A DNA stretch of 64,000 nucleotides from Eledone cirrhosa (GCA_964016885.1 OZ024742.1:25482001-25546000); one strand, 5' to 3'; positions 12,691-26,631 are shown, numbered from the stretch's first letter. The notes: a model not told the origin generated them from the sequence alone. Made by a program: numbers and translations.

Positions 12691-13339
12691 CGATGCTGTT
12701 TCCAGTTTTTCGATCAACGGAGCTGACTTTTTGTGAAATTAATGCGGTTGAGCAACACAGAACATGTGTTCACTTAATGGAAATCTGCGGAGCAAATTTA
12801 TTAACTATTTGGCCATACTGCATAGACATACTGTAAGTATGTGTTGTAAATATGTGACCGTATTATTGATATTATAAATATACATATTAAGAAGATGTGA
12901 TTATTACCCCGAAAATAGAATATTTAACTATATAACATATTTTTATAACCAGCTGATATAATTCGATTTAAAGATGCTCGAACCAATGCATATATTTTTT
13001 CCCTGCTATCAAATCTGTCGGATTAAAAAAAACAATCCATAGTAAGTGACGAAAAACAACTCAACTGAAAATAAAATGGATGGGACATAAATTGCAGATA
13101 AAAAGGCGACATCTAATATACGTAGATCAAGTAAAAATGACATGGGTGACAGGAATGGAGAGCCAAGACTGTGAAAAATAAATTAAATACGTTACATGTG
13201 ATAGGCAAATTGGAAAAACCAATTCTAAAGAATAGATAAATAGCAGCTGTATATGAGGATCCATAAAAAAATCTGAGAAAATATCGGCTTTATACACTAT
13301 GCTGTTAGCATTGGTTTCTGTGTGTGCCTACGTGAAAGT

Positions 13340-13630
13340 ATGCGGTTTAATGGTTGGGGTATTAGTCGCACACTCGAAAAGCTGTACGTTAGATTCGCAG
13401 TGACAGGTGCCTTTGAGCAAGACACTTTAGTTCATTTTGCTCCAGTTGACTAACCTGGCAAAAATGAGTGGTACATTTAGCTCAATCAGATCAACCTTGA
13501 TGTATTATGTATCATACTGAATCTCCCTGAGAACTGCGCTAAAGGTACACGTGTATGTGGAATATTCAGACACTTGCACCTTAATTTCACGAGCAGGATG
13601 TTCCAATTCTTCTAACAACAAAAATATCCG
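13340..13630 (+). mobile_element. tRNA-derived SINE family 2
   Basis: tRNA-like head followed by ctttgagcaagacacttt central motif shared with 32809-33130. Confidence 0.6.
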
Positions 13631-13959
13631 CCGCTGGGAGTGTCGGGGTAAAATAACACGTTTTTGTGAATGTCTGTGCGCGCTTGCGTGTGTGTGTGTA
13701 TGTGTGTGTGTGTGTCTGTGTGTGAGTGTGTGTGTGCAGGGCATGATTTAATGGGGGCTAAGGGGCCAATTGCCACGGGACTTCTGCAACGGCTGTAGCA
13801 ATTTATTCCTGCCCTCAGCTGGGCCTTTTAGCTTTAGGATGTTTAGAATTTTTGAATTTAATACTTGTATGTATAACTTTTCAATTCCAATTACTTGCAC
13901 CAAGCTAATATTGATATGTATAGGGCGTTTTCTTTGTATTCTAATTTTTTGTGTATGAG

Positions 13960-14035
13960 GCGCTCTCAAAAATGAAGTGACCCCCCACCCAAATTGTAAA
14001 TCCAAACATGTGTTTGTGTGAGTGTGTGTGTGTGT

Positions 14036-14110
<75 letters not shown>

Positions 14111-14392
14111 GGTGTGTGGGTGTGAGTGATGGAAAAAGAAATTCGTAAAACTCTTTTCTTGAATGTAATGTCCTCAAAAACTACAATGCCCCTAAAAGTA
14201 TGTGCCAATAGTTCTTAGTCTTCGGAGGGGCCCTCAAAACCTGAAGTGACCCCTCCCCCTCAAGTTCTAAATCCAAACATGTGTTTGTATGTGTGTGTGA
14301 TGGAAAAAGAATTTCGTAAAACTGTTTTTTTTAATGTAATGCCCTCAAAACGACAATGCTCCTAGATTTATGTGCCAATAGTTCTTAGTCTT
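13960..14392. repeat. Tandem duplication of a unit containing (TG)n
   Basis: ~13963-14222 repeated at ~14232-14392 with a shorter TG tract. Confidence 0.85.
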
Positions 14393-14439
14393 TGGACCTC
14401 CTATTCCCTGGGGTATATTGGGCAAAAAGTCTTATCCAA

Positions 14440-14730
14440 TTTACAAGATCAGCTGCGGCATGCTGCATAGTTCCCCACCCCAGTCTAGACCAATCCTCTG
14501 GGGATGTTCGTTTAAAGTTGAGCGACAAGTTTTCTTGACCCTCATTTTTTTCCAGTTGCCACGACCTGGGTTCCATCTATTGCCATAGAGACGTGTCGGT
14601 ACTCAAACATGCGCAGAATGTGTCCGCCTTTCAGCGATACTTTCAGTTAGTAGCCCTAGTCTACTTCTCTTCAGCACCTCTACATTAGTAACCCGCTCTC
14701 GATAAGTCATTTTAGAAATGTTTATATCGG
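14440..14730 (-). pseudogene. Degraded 3' fragment of an RTE-type LINE
   Basis: Minus-strand peptides ISKMTYRERVTNVEVLKR..IAERR and DWSRLGWGTMQHAAAD resemble RTE C-termini. Confidence 0.5.
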
Positions 14731-14961
14731 AATTGCTAGAGGAGAACACAGAAAGGGTTACAAGAATTATGACTTTATGTGGACACAACTTGGTTAAGTA
14801 TTTCGCTTTAAAATCATTAGCTCAGGGGTTCAATCCCACCATCTTCTATTATGGACATACCCATGGTCCCATATGATTCGAGAATGAAATCAGGTAGAAG
14901 GAAACTGTATGCATATATATTTATATTTATATTTATATATATTTACATACATGTATATGCA

Positions 14962-15005
<44 letters not shown>

Positions 15006-15032
15006 CCTCTCGCTCTCTTCTTCTCTCTCTCT

Positions 15033-15069
<37 letters not shown>

Positions 15070-15073
<4 letters not shown>

Positions 15074-15358
15074 ATAAGAAACGGAGCATCAGTGGTGCGA
15101 CGAATAACATTTATTAGACATATTACAATCGTTTCTCTGGTGACCAGCTTTAGGCACGATCGATGCAATGATCGAATCTGACTCTAAAATCGCAAGATCC
15201 TCAGATACGTCTCGATTCTTCGAAGCAGAGTTTCCAAAATGTTATTCGTGGCACCACTGATTCTCCGTTTCTTATATGATATTATACTCTGCTCTGTAAG
15301 AGCATCGAGTGTTCAAACTGCCTACCGCATACGGACGCTTAAAGTATCCCACACCAAT

Positions 15359-15360
<2 letters not shown>
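15070..15360. mobile_element. Fold-back PLE-like end fragment
   Basis: Inverted arms ~15069-15112 and ~15237-15281; HHR between them; TA flanks. Confidence 0.75.
15116..15212 (-). ncRNA. Type I hammerhead motif with ~60-nt stem II
   Basis: agacgtat-CTGAGGA-tct..aga-GAAA-cgattg-TA-atatgtct. Confidence 0.82.
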
Positions 15361-15413
<53 letters not shown>

Positions 15414-15443
15414 AGATCAAATGATGGTTAAAAGAGTTCCATG

Positions 15444-15514
15444 TATTTTATTATGCGCATTTCAAAAACAAATATCCTCATGCAATAACATTTGCGTTTT
15501 CGTCAGATAAAATA
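15444..15514 (-). ncRNA. Type I hammerhead motif (mirror of 15623-15693)
   Basis: Reverse complement of the 15623-15693 motif. Confidence 0.85.
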
Positions 15515-15622
15515 GCGAGACATGATATGAAGGTTAAAACACACTTGTGAATAGTGCAGTTTTAAACCAACATATATATTCACTATTCACAAGTGTGTTT
15601 TAACCTTCATATCATGTCTCCC

Positions 15623-15693
15623 TATTTTATCTGACGAAAACGCAAATGTTATTGCATGATGATATTTGTTTTTGAAATGCGCATAATAAAATA
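15623..15693 (+). ncRNA. Type I hammerhead motif
   Basis: tattttat-CTGACGA-aaacgcaaatgttat..atgatatttgttttt-GAAA-tgcgca-TA-ataaaata. Confidence 0.88.
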
Positions 15694-15821
15694 CATGGAA
15701 CTCTTTTAATCATCTTTTGATCATATATATTATTTATACTCCAGTCCTACAAACTGTAGAGTGCTACTTATCCGATATCTGCATTGCTTTATTGTACTAC
15801 AATAAAACTCACCTCCTACAT

Positions 15822-15913
<92 letters not shown>

Positions 15914-15915
<2 letters not shown>

Positions 15916-16098
15916 CAGAGAAGTTGTGGTAAGGAACCAGATGGACCATAACGCACCCGAGTACTCAATACTTAGGGTAGTAGAGTGAGTGGGTATTAGG
16001 AGAAAGTATGACCCCGACGGCAGAGCTCAAGCCGTTTCGACGGCTATTTCTGGTCTAAGAAATAGCCGTCGAAACGGCTCTGCGTCGGGGTCATACTT

Positions 16099-16102
<4 letters not shown>
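15914..16102. mobile_element. Fold-back fragment carrying only the 3' half of an HHR; family also at 47861-47960 and 52925-53116
   Basis: Palindrome centred 16051-16058; minus arm reads GAAA-cggc..gccg-TC-gggg. Confidence 0.75.
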
Positions 16103-16132
<30 letters not shown>

Positions 16133-16133
<1 letters not shown>

Positions 16134-16552
16134 ATCATCATCAGGTCGAGCTTGCTCGGCTTTCTACGACACGCTTCCTCCATCCATCTCTGTCTCTCAT
16201 AGCGTTTGCCAGTTCTTCCGCAGTGCATCCAGTATCGTCCTCAAGTTGCTTGACGTATGTCTTCTTGGACGACCAGCGTTTCTTGCTCCATGAGATGCAC
16301 TCCATAACAACACATAACCTGCTATTTCTTCCTTGCTGCTCCAACAGTGGCCAGCAAATCTGAGTCTCTGTCCACGTATTGACCTTCTGACAGGTGGCAT
16401 ATTGCCATAGAGATCCTTATTTGTTGGGTGTTCCCTCCAAGACACGTTTAAAGCAGCACGGAGCATACGTGTGTATGTGTGTGACGTTAGCGACCAACTG
16501 ATAGAGCCAATAACAAGCACAGACACCATAGCAGCTCTGAAGAAATTCCTTT
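16133..16552 (-). pseudogene. 3' fragment of an RTE-clade LINE, frameshifted
   Basis: TRMLRAALNVSWREHPTN..LYG..RLRFAGHC..GRP..KTYVKQLEDDTG..AMRDRDGWR; short (TGA)n tail. Confidence 0.8.
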
Positions 16553-16562
16553 TCACACACAT

Positions 16563-16654
<92 letters not shown>

Positions 16655-16718
16655 AGATGTGTGTGTAGATATGTGTGTGTGTGTGTGTGTGTAGATATGT
16701 GTGTGTGTGTGTGTGTAG

Positions 16719-16811
<93 letters not shown>

Positions 16812-17252
16812 TATATGTGTGTGTGTGTGTGTGTAGATATATATATATTTGTGTGTGTGTGTAGATATATACATATTTGTGTGTGTGTAGATATATATAT
16901 ATTTGTGTGTGTGTGTGTGTAGATATATATATATATTTGTGTGTGTGTGTGTGTATATATATATTCTGTATATCTAATATATACAATATTATTGAATTAT
17001 ATTTTATTTCTTGAATTTCCAGTTACGAAAGCAGTCTAATGTTTCAGAAAATTTGTGTAGACTTGCGTTAAATTAAATTGACTTTATTTAATTTAAATAA
17101 TATATGTAAAGTGACGTACCAAATATCATAATTAGAATTACAATTGCTTCGACAATTAGCTGAAGAAGCTAAATGTTGTAAACGTTGCAAGAATACACAT
17201 ATTTGATCAATATATAATATAGATACGTGAATATACACACGCCATTCCCGTG

Positions 17253-17385
17253 TCTTCTTCTTCTTCTTCTTCTTCTTCTTCTTCTTCTTCTTCTTCTTCT
17301 TCTTCTTCTTCTTCTTCTTCTTCTTCTTCTTCTTCTTCTTCTTCTTCTTCTTCTTCTTCTTCTTCTTCTTCTTCTTCTTCTTCTT
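17253..17385. repeat. (CTT)n microsatellite
   Basis: Direct reading. Confidence 0.98.
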
Positions 17386-17697
17386 GGTATTCCCTCTAGA
17401 TTTGTGCCCTGTATTCAAATTATATCCTGCCTAAATTTACCTTTCAATTTCTTCCTTGTCGATACGTAAAACATCATTTCAACAGTTCGATACTTCTCTT
17501 TTCCTCTCTGGAACGGATCGTCGATGATCACACCTGGAAAAGAATGTGTTCGGCCAAGTTTATTTCCATATTACACGCCGTAATTCACTACGGCACCGTA
17601 TGCCTCCACCAATATTTAAAGGCCGCAAGAAGACACTTCGAAAATAAAAAACAAAAAAAGAAAAGAAAAAAAAAAACGCTTCTTGACTTTCGAATTA

Positions 17698-18125
17698 TTA
17701 ATAATTGTTTCTACTTCTGGCACAAGGCCAGCAATTACCCAGTGCATTACTGGTACTTTATTTTATCGACCTCGTAAGGATGAAATGCAAAGTTAACCTC
17801 GCGGGATATGAACTCAGTTCATAAAGGGAGGTAACTCTATGCTTCAAATCATGGCGTCCGACCTTCTATCGATACTGCCAATCCACTGCCTTTCGTATTA
17901 TTAATAATGGTTCCTGATTTGGGCACAATTCCAACAATTTTTGGGGAGAGGAAAGTCGATTAAATTGACTCCAGTGTATTACTGGTACTTTATTTTGTCG
18001 ACGCTGCATGGACGAGAGACAAATCTAACCTCGTCGAGATTCGAACACAGAAGATAAAGTGCTGTAACTCTATGCTACAAAGCATACTGTTCGATGCTCT
18101 ACTGATTCTGCCAATCCACAGCCCT
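17698..18125 (-). mobile_element. Two tandem SINE family 1 copies
   Basis: Core motif at ~17745-17820 and ~17972-18050. Confidence 0.8.
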
Positions 18126-18218
18126 TTTCCTATTTCGTAATATTAATAATGTAACGCATATGTGAAATTATTTTAACCCTGTGTAGATTGCTTTGCAATA
18201 TTTAACACTCTCTAATTA

Positions 18219-19979
18219 CACCGTGTAACATATTTTTTGTTCCCCGGTTCTAAGTGCCATTTCATGGTTTGTTATATCCCATTATTATAAAAAAAAACCA
18301 TTACTATTTAATCAGAAGTTTGGGTTTGTGGTCAAGAGTTTGATATTTCGAAATTTTCATATTTTTCAAGAAACAACACATTTTTTTTTTTTATTTATCA
18401 GTTCATATAATTAAATCAACAGAGTATATATTTATTTTATTACACAAGCTTATCAAAAGCAAACAAGTGAAAACAGATAACACTTATAAAGCAACTTATA
18501 CATGTCAAAAATGACTGGATTTCCTGGATTTGCGGTTGTAGTCCAAGTCGCATTCCCGCACTAGCCCCCAGATATAGTCCACCATCATTCTTTCATTGTA
18601 GTGGCCCTGGTACCTCCGCTCTATCTCTTTCACATCTTGGTGGAATTGTTCGCCTTGTTCTTCTGAGTAGGCGCCCATATTGCTCTTGAATTTTTCCAGG
18701 TGAGCGTCCAGCATATGGAGTTTAAGCGACACCCTGCATCAAATAGCGCCAAAAGTTGCTGGTAGTTTTCACCTCTGTAGTTGCCCAGGAAGCCCTTAAC
18801 AACTGCCCTGAAACAGTTCCATACTGTTCTCTCAATCCTATTGAGCTTATTGGAGAACTCGGTAGACTCAAACACCTTCTTTATCTGAGGTCCAACAAAA
18901 ATTCCACCTTTGATTTTGGCCTCAGATAACTTGGGGAGGAACTCAAGAAGGTACTTAAAAGCGGCTGATTCTTGGTTGAGAGCCTTCACAAACTGCTTCA
19001 TCAACCCCGACTTAATGTGCAGTGGCGGCATGAGCACAATCCTGGGTCAACCAGTGGCTTCCACATGACGTTCCGGGTCCCAACTACAAATTATGTTCGC
19101 TGCTCCCAGTTCTTTCTTTCGTAGTGGTCAGAGGTGGCTCTGCTGTCCCAAAGGCAGAGGAAGCATTGGAATTTGATAAAGCCTCCTTGGAGTCGAAGCA
19201 GGAAAGCTACCATCTTGAAGTCTCCAATGATTTCCCAATTGTACTGGTTGCATTGCAGAGCTTTCAAGAGGACTTTCACACTGTCGTAATCTTCCTTCAG
19301 GCAGACTGGATGAGCTAGGGGCAGTGTCGGGAACTTGTTTCCATTGTGGAGGAGGACAGCCTTCAAACTTGTAGTGGAGCTGTCTATAAATAGCCGCCAC
19401 TCTTTGGGCACAAACGGCACCCCAATAACGTCAAACAGTCCAGGCACATGATGGCAAAAGCAAGGCCATCTCTAAGAGTGTAAAAGCCTGAGAAGGGTTC
19501 GTGTCGACTTCTCTGACTTGTCACCTGCACTTCCTCCTTGACCAAGTTCCACTGCTTCATCCTGGAGACGAATAGCTCTGCATTGAACTTGGTCAGACCC
19601 ATATCGCTGACCAAGTCATTTACTTCTTTTTGGTTATGGAAGTGAGGAACTTTTTCTGGTACCCCAGTATCAATAAATCTCTTTAACCCAATTTTTTAAA
19701 ATTTTATACTTTGTTGCGCTTTTATAATTTTCTTTAGGTTACTCTTTATTTTATAATTTTAATTTAACCTGAAACATATAAAAAAATCATTTAACATAAA
19801 CAAATTAAACTTACATACAACATAAAATCCAGCATACAAATAATTCTAGTGAATAGCTTAGAATTTTTACAAACCCAAAATTTTAACTGTTTAATAGCAC
19901 TTTTTTTATTTATTTGGGACCTAAGCAACTCAAAAAAGTGATTACAAGCCAGGAAAAAAAAAATGTTTGTTACATGGTG
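18219..19979 (-). mobile_element. Chapaev3-type (CMC superfamily) DNA transposon
   Basis: Imperfect TIRs caccgtgtaaca.. / ..tgttacatggtg; CAC..GTG ends; TTA duplicated at 18216-18218 and 19980-19982. Confidence 0.8.
18505..19665 (-). pseudogene. Chapaev3-like transposase, frameshifted and N-terminally deleted
   Basis: WRLFIDSS..SLKAVLLHNGN, PPLHIK.GLMKQFVKAL, GIFVGPQI, SLKLH.L.AHL..GAYSEEQGEQFHQD split over four ORFs. Confidence 0.85.
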
Positions 19980-21295
19980 TTATTAGTTATTTCCTTCAAC
20001 GGAGTAAACTGAAATAAAACCTTTCACTCCATTTTGGGTTTTATTTGTCCAACCCTATATTTGTCAATATAGAATTAGATATTCTTACTCTTAAGATGAT
20101 AGGTGTTATTAACGGCAAATCTGACTGTTATTACTAGCAGATGACGAGGCTAGGTAGAAATTCTATTAACTGATCTTCTTGACTGTATTATGAAGAAAGG
20201 TTGCATGTACTTATGGATAAAAAATAGAAAATGCGTAGATAAGCTGTGATATGTTGTATTATTGTACAGTAGAGCATGAAATCTATGCAATCATGCAATA
20301 TAAGCCGTTCAAGGTATCATGATGATGATAAACATCATCATAACCATGATAGCTATAAGAGGATTGATTTTCTTTTTCTGAGATTTCGGTGCCATATACT
20401 TACACTTTGAACGTGCGATAAAAAGCTAAATAGTGCACCAACAACATTTCTCTTATTACAATAGTAGAAATATAAAAATGTAAAAAATATGTCTTTTACA
20501 TATATAAAATATATTTACTAACAACGAAACCAGCAAATCCTGATATTAACCAAGAATTCCCCTAAAATAAAAATAAAATATATATATATATATTATAAAA
20601 AATGACAACACTGAGACAAAACTTTATCATTTATTTCTTAGGATAAATTGCTCCCTCTGAGACACGAATCCTTATATGTCGCATATGTCATTGAAAAAAA
20701 ATTTACTAAAACAAAAAAAAAAAACAACAAAAAACTTAGTCATCTTTAAGTTTCCTTTCAACAGTTGTAGAATATTGATTTTTTTTCAATACATGGTATT
20801 TTTCCTTTATTTGATGTATTGCCCGCAGAGAGCAGTTCATCTTTTTTCTTAATTGTTCTACCATTTTTCTCCCTTTTCGACAGGGTTTCCATCAAATTCT
20901 ATACACATGAGGAATATTAAGAGTTCTTCTCTTCCATTCCTTCTTTACTATTAATATAAGTAAAATTATTTCTTTCTTTTCTCTTTATAACTATTGTCAT
21001 TCTACTCAAACATATATGTATTTCTATCATCTCTTCCCTCTTTCTCTCTCTCTCTTTCCCTTTTCTCTTTCTCCCCTCTCTCTCTTTTTCTCTTTCTCCC
21101 CCTCTCTCTCTATTCCGCTTCACCCCTCTCACTCCCTCGCTCCCACTCTCTCTATATATTTATATATATAAATGTATAAATCTTTGTGTATATATATATA
21201 TATATATACACGCACGTAGAAACACAGCCATACACACGCATATATATATATATATATACACACATATATATATATATATATATGTATACATATAT

Positions 21296-21401
<106 letters not shown>

Positions 21402-21721
21402 CCAATACAAGCGAAAAGGAAGGCAAAGCAAAGTGAAGGAGACACAAGTGAATATACAACACACTCTATCACCTGCCGCCGCATTGTATTTCTAGGAGAC
21501 AAGTGCACGTAGATGTTTACGATCAGGTGGTGCAATCCACATACGTATGGGAACACATTTATACATTTATCTTTCTCTCTTTCTCTCTCAATTTCTTTCT
21601 TTCTCTCTCTCTCACTCGCTCTCTCTCTCTCTCTATATATATATATGCATAATTATGTATATGTATCTATCTCTCTCTATATATATATAATTATAATTAT
21701 GCATATATATATAAGTATATA

Positions 21722-21783
<62 letters not shown>

Positions 21784-21791
21784 TATATATA

Positions 21792-21823
<32 letters not shown>

Positions 21824-21853
21824 AATATATATATATATCACTATATATATATG

Positions 21854-21887
<34 letters not shown>

Positions 21888-21891
21888 TATT

Positions 21892-21960
<69 letters not shown>

Positions 21961-22129
21961 AAAGAATCTTGCTAAACAAATTCAGAGACGAAATATATAT
22001 ATATATATATATATATAGTAATAATAATAAAAAAATTGAAGACTAAAATCCAAAGAGGGCTCGATAAGGAAAATATATATCAAATATATAAAAACCTTAG
22101 AGCAAATATCTATTAAAATAACAGATTAA

Positions 22130-22180
22130 AGTTTAAGCAAAGAATCGCTGCTTTCACCCTTAACGGGATCTTCTGAAACT
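22130..22180 (-). ncRNA. Type I hammerhead variant (CAGAAGA core)
   Basis: agttt-CAGAAGA-tccc gttaa gggt-GAAA-gca..tgc-TT-aaact. Confidence 0.78.
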
Positions 22181-23110
22181 AACAAAGTCAATCTGTAAAC
22201 GCAGAACTGGATATTTAAAAAAACGTTGCAACCGGAAGAAGACAGGAAGACGATACTTTGGTTCGTGGAAACGTTCCCTCGCAAAGAACGGGAAAAAACG
22301 AATAATACGTCATTAATAGGAGCGGTGAAAAACAATTACGCGCAAAGACAGAACCACGTTTATGGTATAAAAGAGGTCGTAGACTAATGTTCTCTTAGGT
22401 GGTGCATAGAGACGTTCTCTGGCAATGAACGAAAAAACGAAGATAATAAGCCATATGTGGAGCGTGGAGAACAATAGCACGCAAAGACAAAACCACGTAA
22501 ATGGTATAGCAGAAGTCGTAGACTAAAATTCTAACTAGGAGACCAAATGACTCTCCGCTACAGAGTTAAGAACAAAGTAAATAAATACAATACAGAAGTA
22601 ACAGAAACAAATAAATACATACACGCAAACAGATACGTGCATACACAAGCATCCGCAAAACCTTACCATAGGTATACAGAACCACGCACATATAAATATG
22701 TGTGTGTGTGTGTATGCTTGTGTACAAATAAATAAATAATTATATAGACGTATATAAGTAAATAAATACGTATATAACAAGCGCACACACATACCTACAA
22801 ATAAATACACGAATGTTCGGAGACGTAAGTCAACTAAAACAAGTAGTACACATATACGCACACCCACCATACGTACGAACCTGCATACTCACGCAGACGC
22901 CAAACTCCCGTATACACATAGCCAAACCCTAAATACCAGAATATGTAAAAATTATACGCCATAACAGTCAAATATACGTACGAGAAGGTATACATACCTT
23001 CACAAAACATACGGGTAATATATACTTACCTATGCAAATAAGTAAAGGAATAAACAAAACATATACTTAGCTCCCGCATCAAGACGTAAAATATCCACGT
23101 ATAGATCGTG

Positions 23111-25240
23111 CTATCCGTTAGGGTATATCGTGGGGCTGTAATACAGGAAAGTTTTGTGCAATTTATGTTTACAAGCCGAAATTGCCTCAGATTTTTTGTT
23201 TAAGATGCGGTCTGTGGCGTAGAGTATTTCCAGGGCCTCAGCGGCGCAGAGGTCACATGGTCTTTTATTTCCGTAATACGATCTAGCCCTAGCTAGGATC
23301 TCCCAGTGTAACTTATATTGGGTGTGGTTGTCTTTTAGACTCCAGATATAAGCTGAAAGTGACGTCATATTCCTTCTTAGAGGGTAACGAAAAGAATGGG
23401 TATGCATGTAAAGACGCTGCTTGAAACTATTGGCGGTTAACCCTATGTAGGCCCTACGGGACGTGGGTGTTACAACCTTACATTTGTAGACAATGTTACT
23501 AGAGAGGCATTTCCCGGATAGGGGTCAATCAGCCCGATTCCTACAATTACAGTTAGTACTAACTACAGGGTTGCACGTGTTCCTACGGCTAGGCAGTTTA
23601 GCTAAATTTGAAGCTGTGATGTTATGTGCAAGGTAAGGAGTCGTAGAGTAAGAAATTTTAATAGTATTTCTTTTAAAAATTTTACTATATTTATGTGTAG
23701 GGGGAAAATGCTTCGTAATAAGGGAAAGAAAGATCTTAGCTAGTGGTGTGGCCACCTCCATATTATATGGTGGGTTAAACCAACAAATGCGACGGGATCT
23801 ATTTCTTCTAGGTCTATTTTCGTACTCTGTATAAGCTACCTTATCGACAAATCCACTTCGAGCAAGAGCTTCATTGTAATAAGTGGAATGGTCGTTGAAA
23901 ATGCGCTCGTTGGTGGAAAGACGGGAAAGCCTCAACGAAACGTTTTTTACCAGGTTCTTGGTTATGCTGGCAGGATGGTTGGAATGCTTACTTATGTAAT
24001 TAAGCGTATCATTCGGCTTTCTATACGGGTAATACAACGCATTCAATAAATTGAGGGTAACGTTGAGGTAATTAACGACCGAGAGATTGGCCTCAACCTG
24101 TATAGAGAGGTTGAAGCCTTTAAAGAAGGCTGTGAGTTCTTTTCTGAACCTGTCGCAAGCACGAGGTCCGCACTTAGTCATGGTCAAAAGACCATCGTCA
24201 GGGTACAAACCCCCGCCCGCGTTGGGGAATTCGTCGTTGATAGAGAAAAGAAGGAAAAGGCCAATAAGATCAGTAACCTCCGCAGAGTCACTGGCGCCCA
24301 TACTCACGTGGAATGGGGTGCTATTGGATTTTTTAATCCAAATAGAGTCGTCGAAATTAATCACCGACTTTCGGGCATTAAGGATGACATCAACTTCGAA
24401 ATCCTTAACCACTGTGAGTGTTTTAGCGAAATTGATAGCTCTAAGGAGAAGTGGTAAAGTGATGGAGGAGTAGTAATTGTTGATGTCGAATTGGATAAAA
24501 CGGCAATGTTCCTTGTTACATATGCCGTTGAACCAATCAATCACCGCGAAGGAATTGTACCACAGTGCGAGAGGGGCCAAACTTCTAATTTCAGGTATAA
24601 TTCTATCAAGAATCGTTTTACTAAGTCTATCTAAATCGGACTTTGTAGGGTTAATAAGCCGAATAGAGGGGTTGTTCGGAAAATTGGATTTATGATCCTT
24701 CAGGGTAAAGTGGGGAGAGATAGGGTCCAGAGGATCTGTCCGGTCCATGATGTTGAGATCAGATGTGATTTTAAACCCAGCATCGTTGATTTCATTGATG
24801 ACACACCGATTAGTTTTACGGTAATCCTTAGTTACAGCATTATGTAGTAGTTGATGGTAAGTACTGCGCTCCACTTGATATAGGTTGCCAGTTTTGTCGG
24901 AATGGACGTGCACGGCGTTAGAATCCTTAATAGAACGAATTCAATTCTTCAGGTCTTGCTGGAAGGAATTGCTCCTATTCCGAAATTTGATACTCCGAAT
25001 GAGTTCCAAGACATCACTTTCGAAGGGTAGCAATGCTGGGTTCCACGGAGGGGTATTATAGGTTTTAAATCCAAATTTATCCTGTTTGTTGTCTGCTTTT
25101 CGCGGATTATCCAAATAAAAGGCACGCCAACGCAACCTTTTAATGAACGCGTCTGTTTTCTGCATCAGGAGTTTTAGGTATGTTTTCCTGCTCGGTACGG
25201 GTATGTTCTTTGTAGAAATATTCAGATGTTGTTTCTGCAT
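23111..25240 (-). pseudogene. PLE polyprotein (RT, CxCx5Cx5C linker, GIY-YIG endonuclease); 710 codons in one frame with two internal TGA
   Basis: ORFs 24941-25240, 23525-24913 and 23111-23407 share a frame; motifs SDKTGN, QFDINNYY, SMGA, LYPDDGL, NYLNVTL, IVYKC..YIGLT..FKQR..H, CDLC..E. Confidence 0.9.
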
Positions 25241-25272
25241 GATGAATATAAGTCAGTAGAGTGCTCAACCGA

Positions 25273-25635
25273 GTAACACCCACGTCCCGTAGGGCCTACA
25301 TAGGGTTAACCGCCAATAGTTTCAAGCAGCGTCTTTACATGCATACCCATTCTTTTCGTTACCCTCTAAGAAGGAATATGACGTCACTTTCAGCTTATAT
25401 CTGGAGTCTAAAAGACAACCACACCCAATATAAGTTACACTGGGAGATCCTAGCTAGGGCTAGATCGTATTACGGAAATAAAAGACCATGTGACCTCTGC
25501 GCCGCTGAGGCCCTGGAAATACTCTACGCCACAGACCACATCTTAAACAAAAAATCTGAGGCAATTTCGGCTTGTAAACATAAATTGCACAAAACTTTCC
25601 TGTATTACAGCCCCACGATATACCCTAACGGATAG
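25273..25635 (+). pseudogene. Inverted duplicate of the GIY-YIG C-terminus inside the pseudo-LTR
   Basis: Near-identical reverse complement of 23111-23473. Confidence 0.9.
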
Positions 25636-26564
25636 CACGATCTATACGTGGATATTTTACGTCTTGATGCTGGAGCTAAGTATATGTTTTGTTTATTCAT
25701 TACTTATTTCCATAGGTAAGTATATATTACCCGTATGTTTTGTGAAGGTATGTATACCTTCTCGTACGTATATTTGACTGTTATGGCGTATAATTTTTAC
25801 ATATTCTGGTATTTAGGGTTTGGCTATGTGTATACGGGAGTTTGGCGTCTGCGTGAGTATGCAGGTTCGTACGTATGGTGGGTGTGCGTATATGTGTACT
25901 ACTTGTTTTAGTTGACTTACGTCTCCGAACATTCGTGTATTTATTTGTAGGTATGTGTGTGCGCTTGTTATATACGTATTTATTTACTTATATACGTTTA
26001 TATAATTATTTATTTATTTGTACACAAGCATACACACACACACACATATTTATATGTGCGTGGTTCTGTATACCTATGGTAAGATTTTGCGGATGCTTGT
26101 GTATGCACGTATCTGTTTGCGTGTATGTATTTATTTGTTTCTGTTACTTCTGTATTGTATTTATTTACTTTGTTCTTAACTCTGTAGCGGAGAGTCATTT
26201 GGTCTCCTAGTTAGAATTTTAGTCTACGACTTCTGCTATACCATTTACGTGGTTTTGTCTTTGCGTGCTATTGTTCTCCACGCTCCACATATGGCTTATT
26301 ATCTTCGTTTTTTCGTTCATTGCCAGAGAACGTCTCTATGCACCACCTAAGAGAACATTAGTCTACGACCTCTTTTATACCATAAACGTGGTTCTGTCTT
26401 TGCGCGTAATTGTTTTTCACCGCTCCTATTAATGACGTATTATTCGTTTTTTCCCGTTCTTTGCCAGCGAACGTTTCCACGAACCAAAGTATCGTCTTCC
26501 TGTCTTCCTCCGGTTGCAACGTTTTTTTAAATATCCAGTTCTGCGTTTACAGATTGACTTTGTT

Positions 26565-26615
26565 AGTTTCAGAAGATCCCGTTAAGGGTGAAAGCAGCGA
26601 TTCTTTGCTTAAACT
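26565..26615 (+). ncRNA. Type I hammerhead variant (CAGAAGA core), mirror of 22130-22180
   Basis: agttt-CAGAAGA-tccc gttaa gggt-GAAA-gca gcgattctt tgc-TT-aaact. Confidence 0.78.
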
Positions 26616-26631
26616 TTAATCTGTTATTTTA

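Larger units (their letters stand above)
15412..15820. mobile_element. Fold-back element with mirror HHRs
   Basis: Inverted arms ~15414-15556 and ~15581-15723, then ~95 nt unique tail. Confidence 0.85.
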
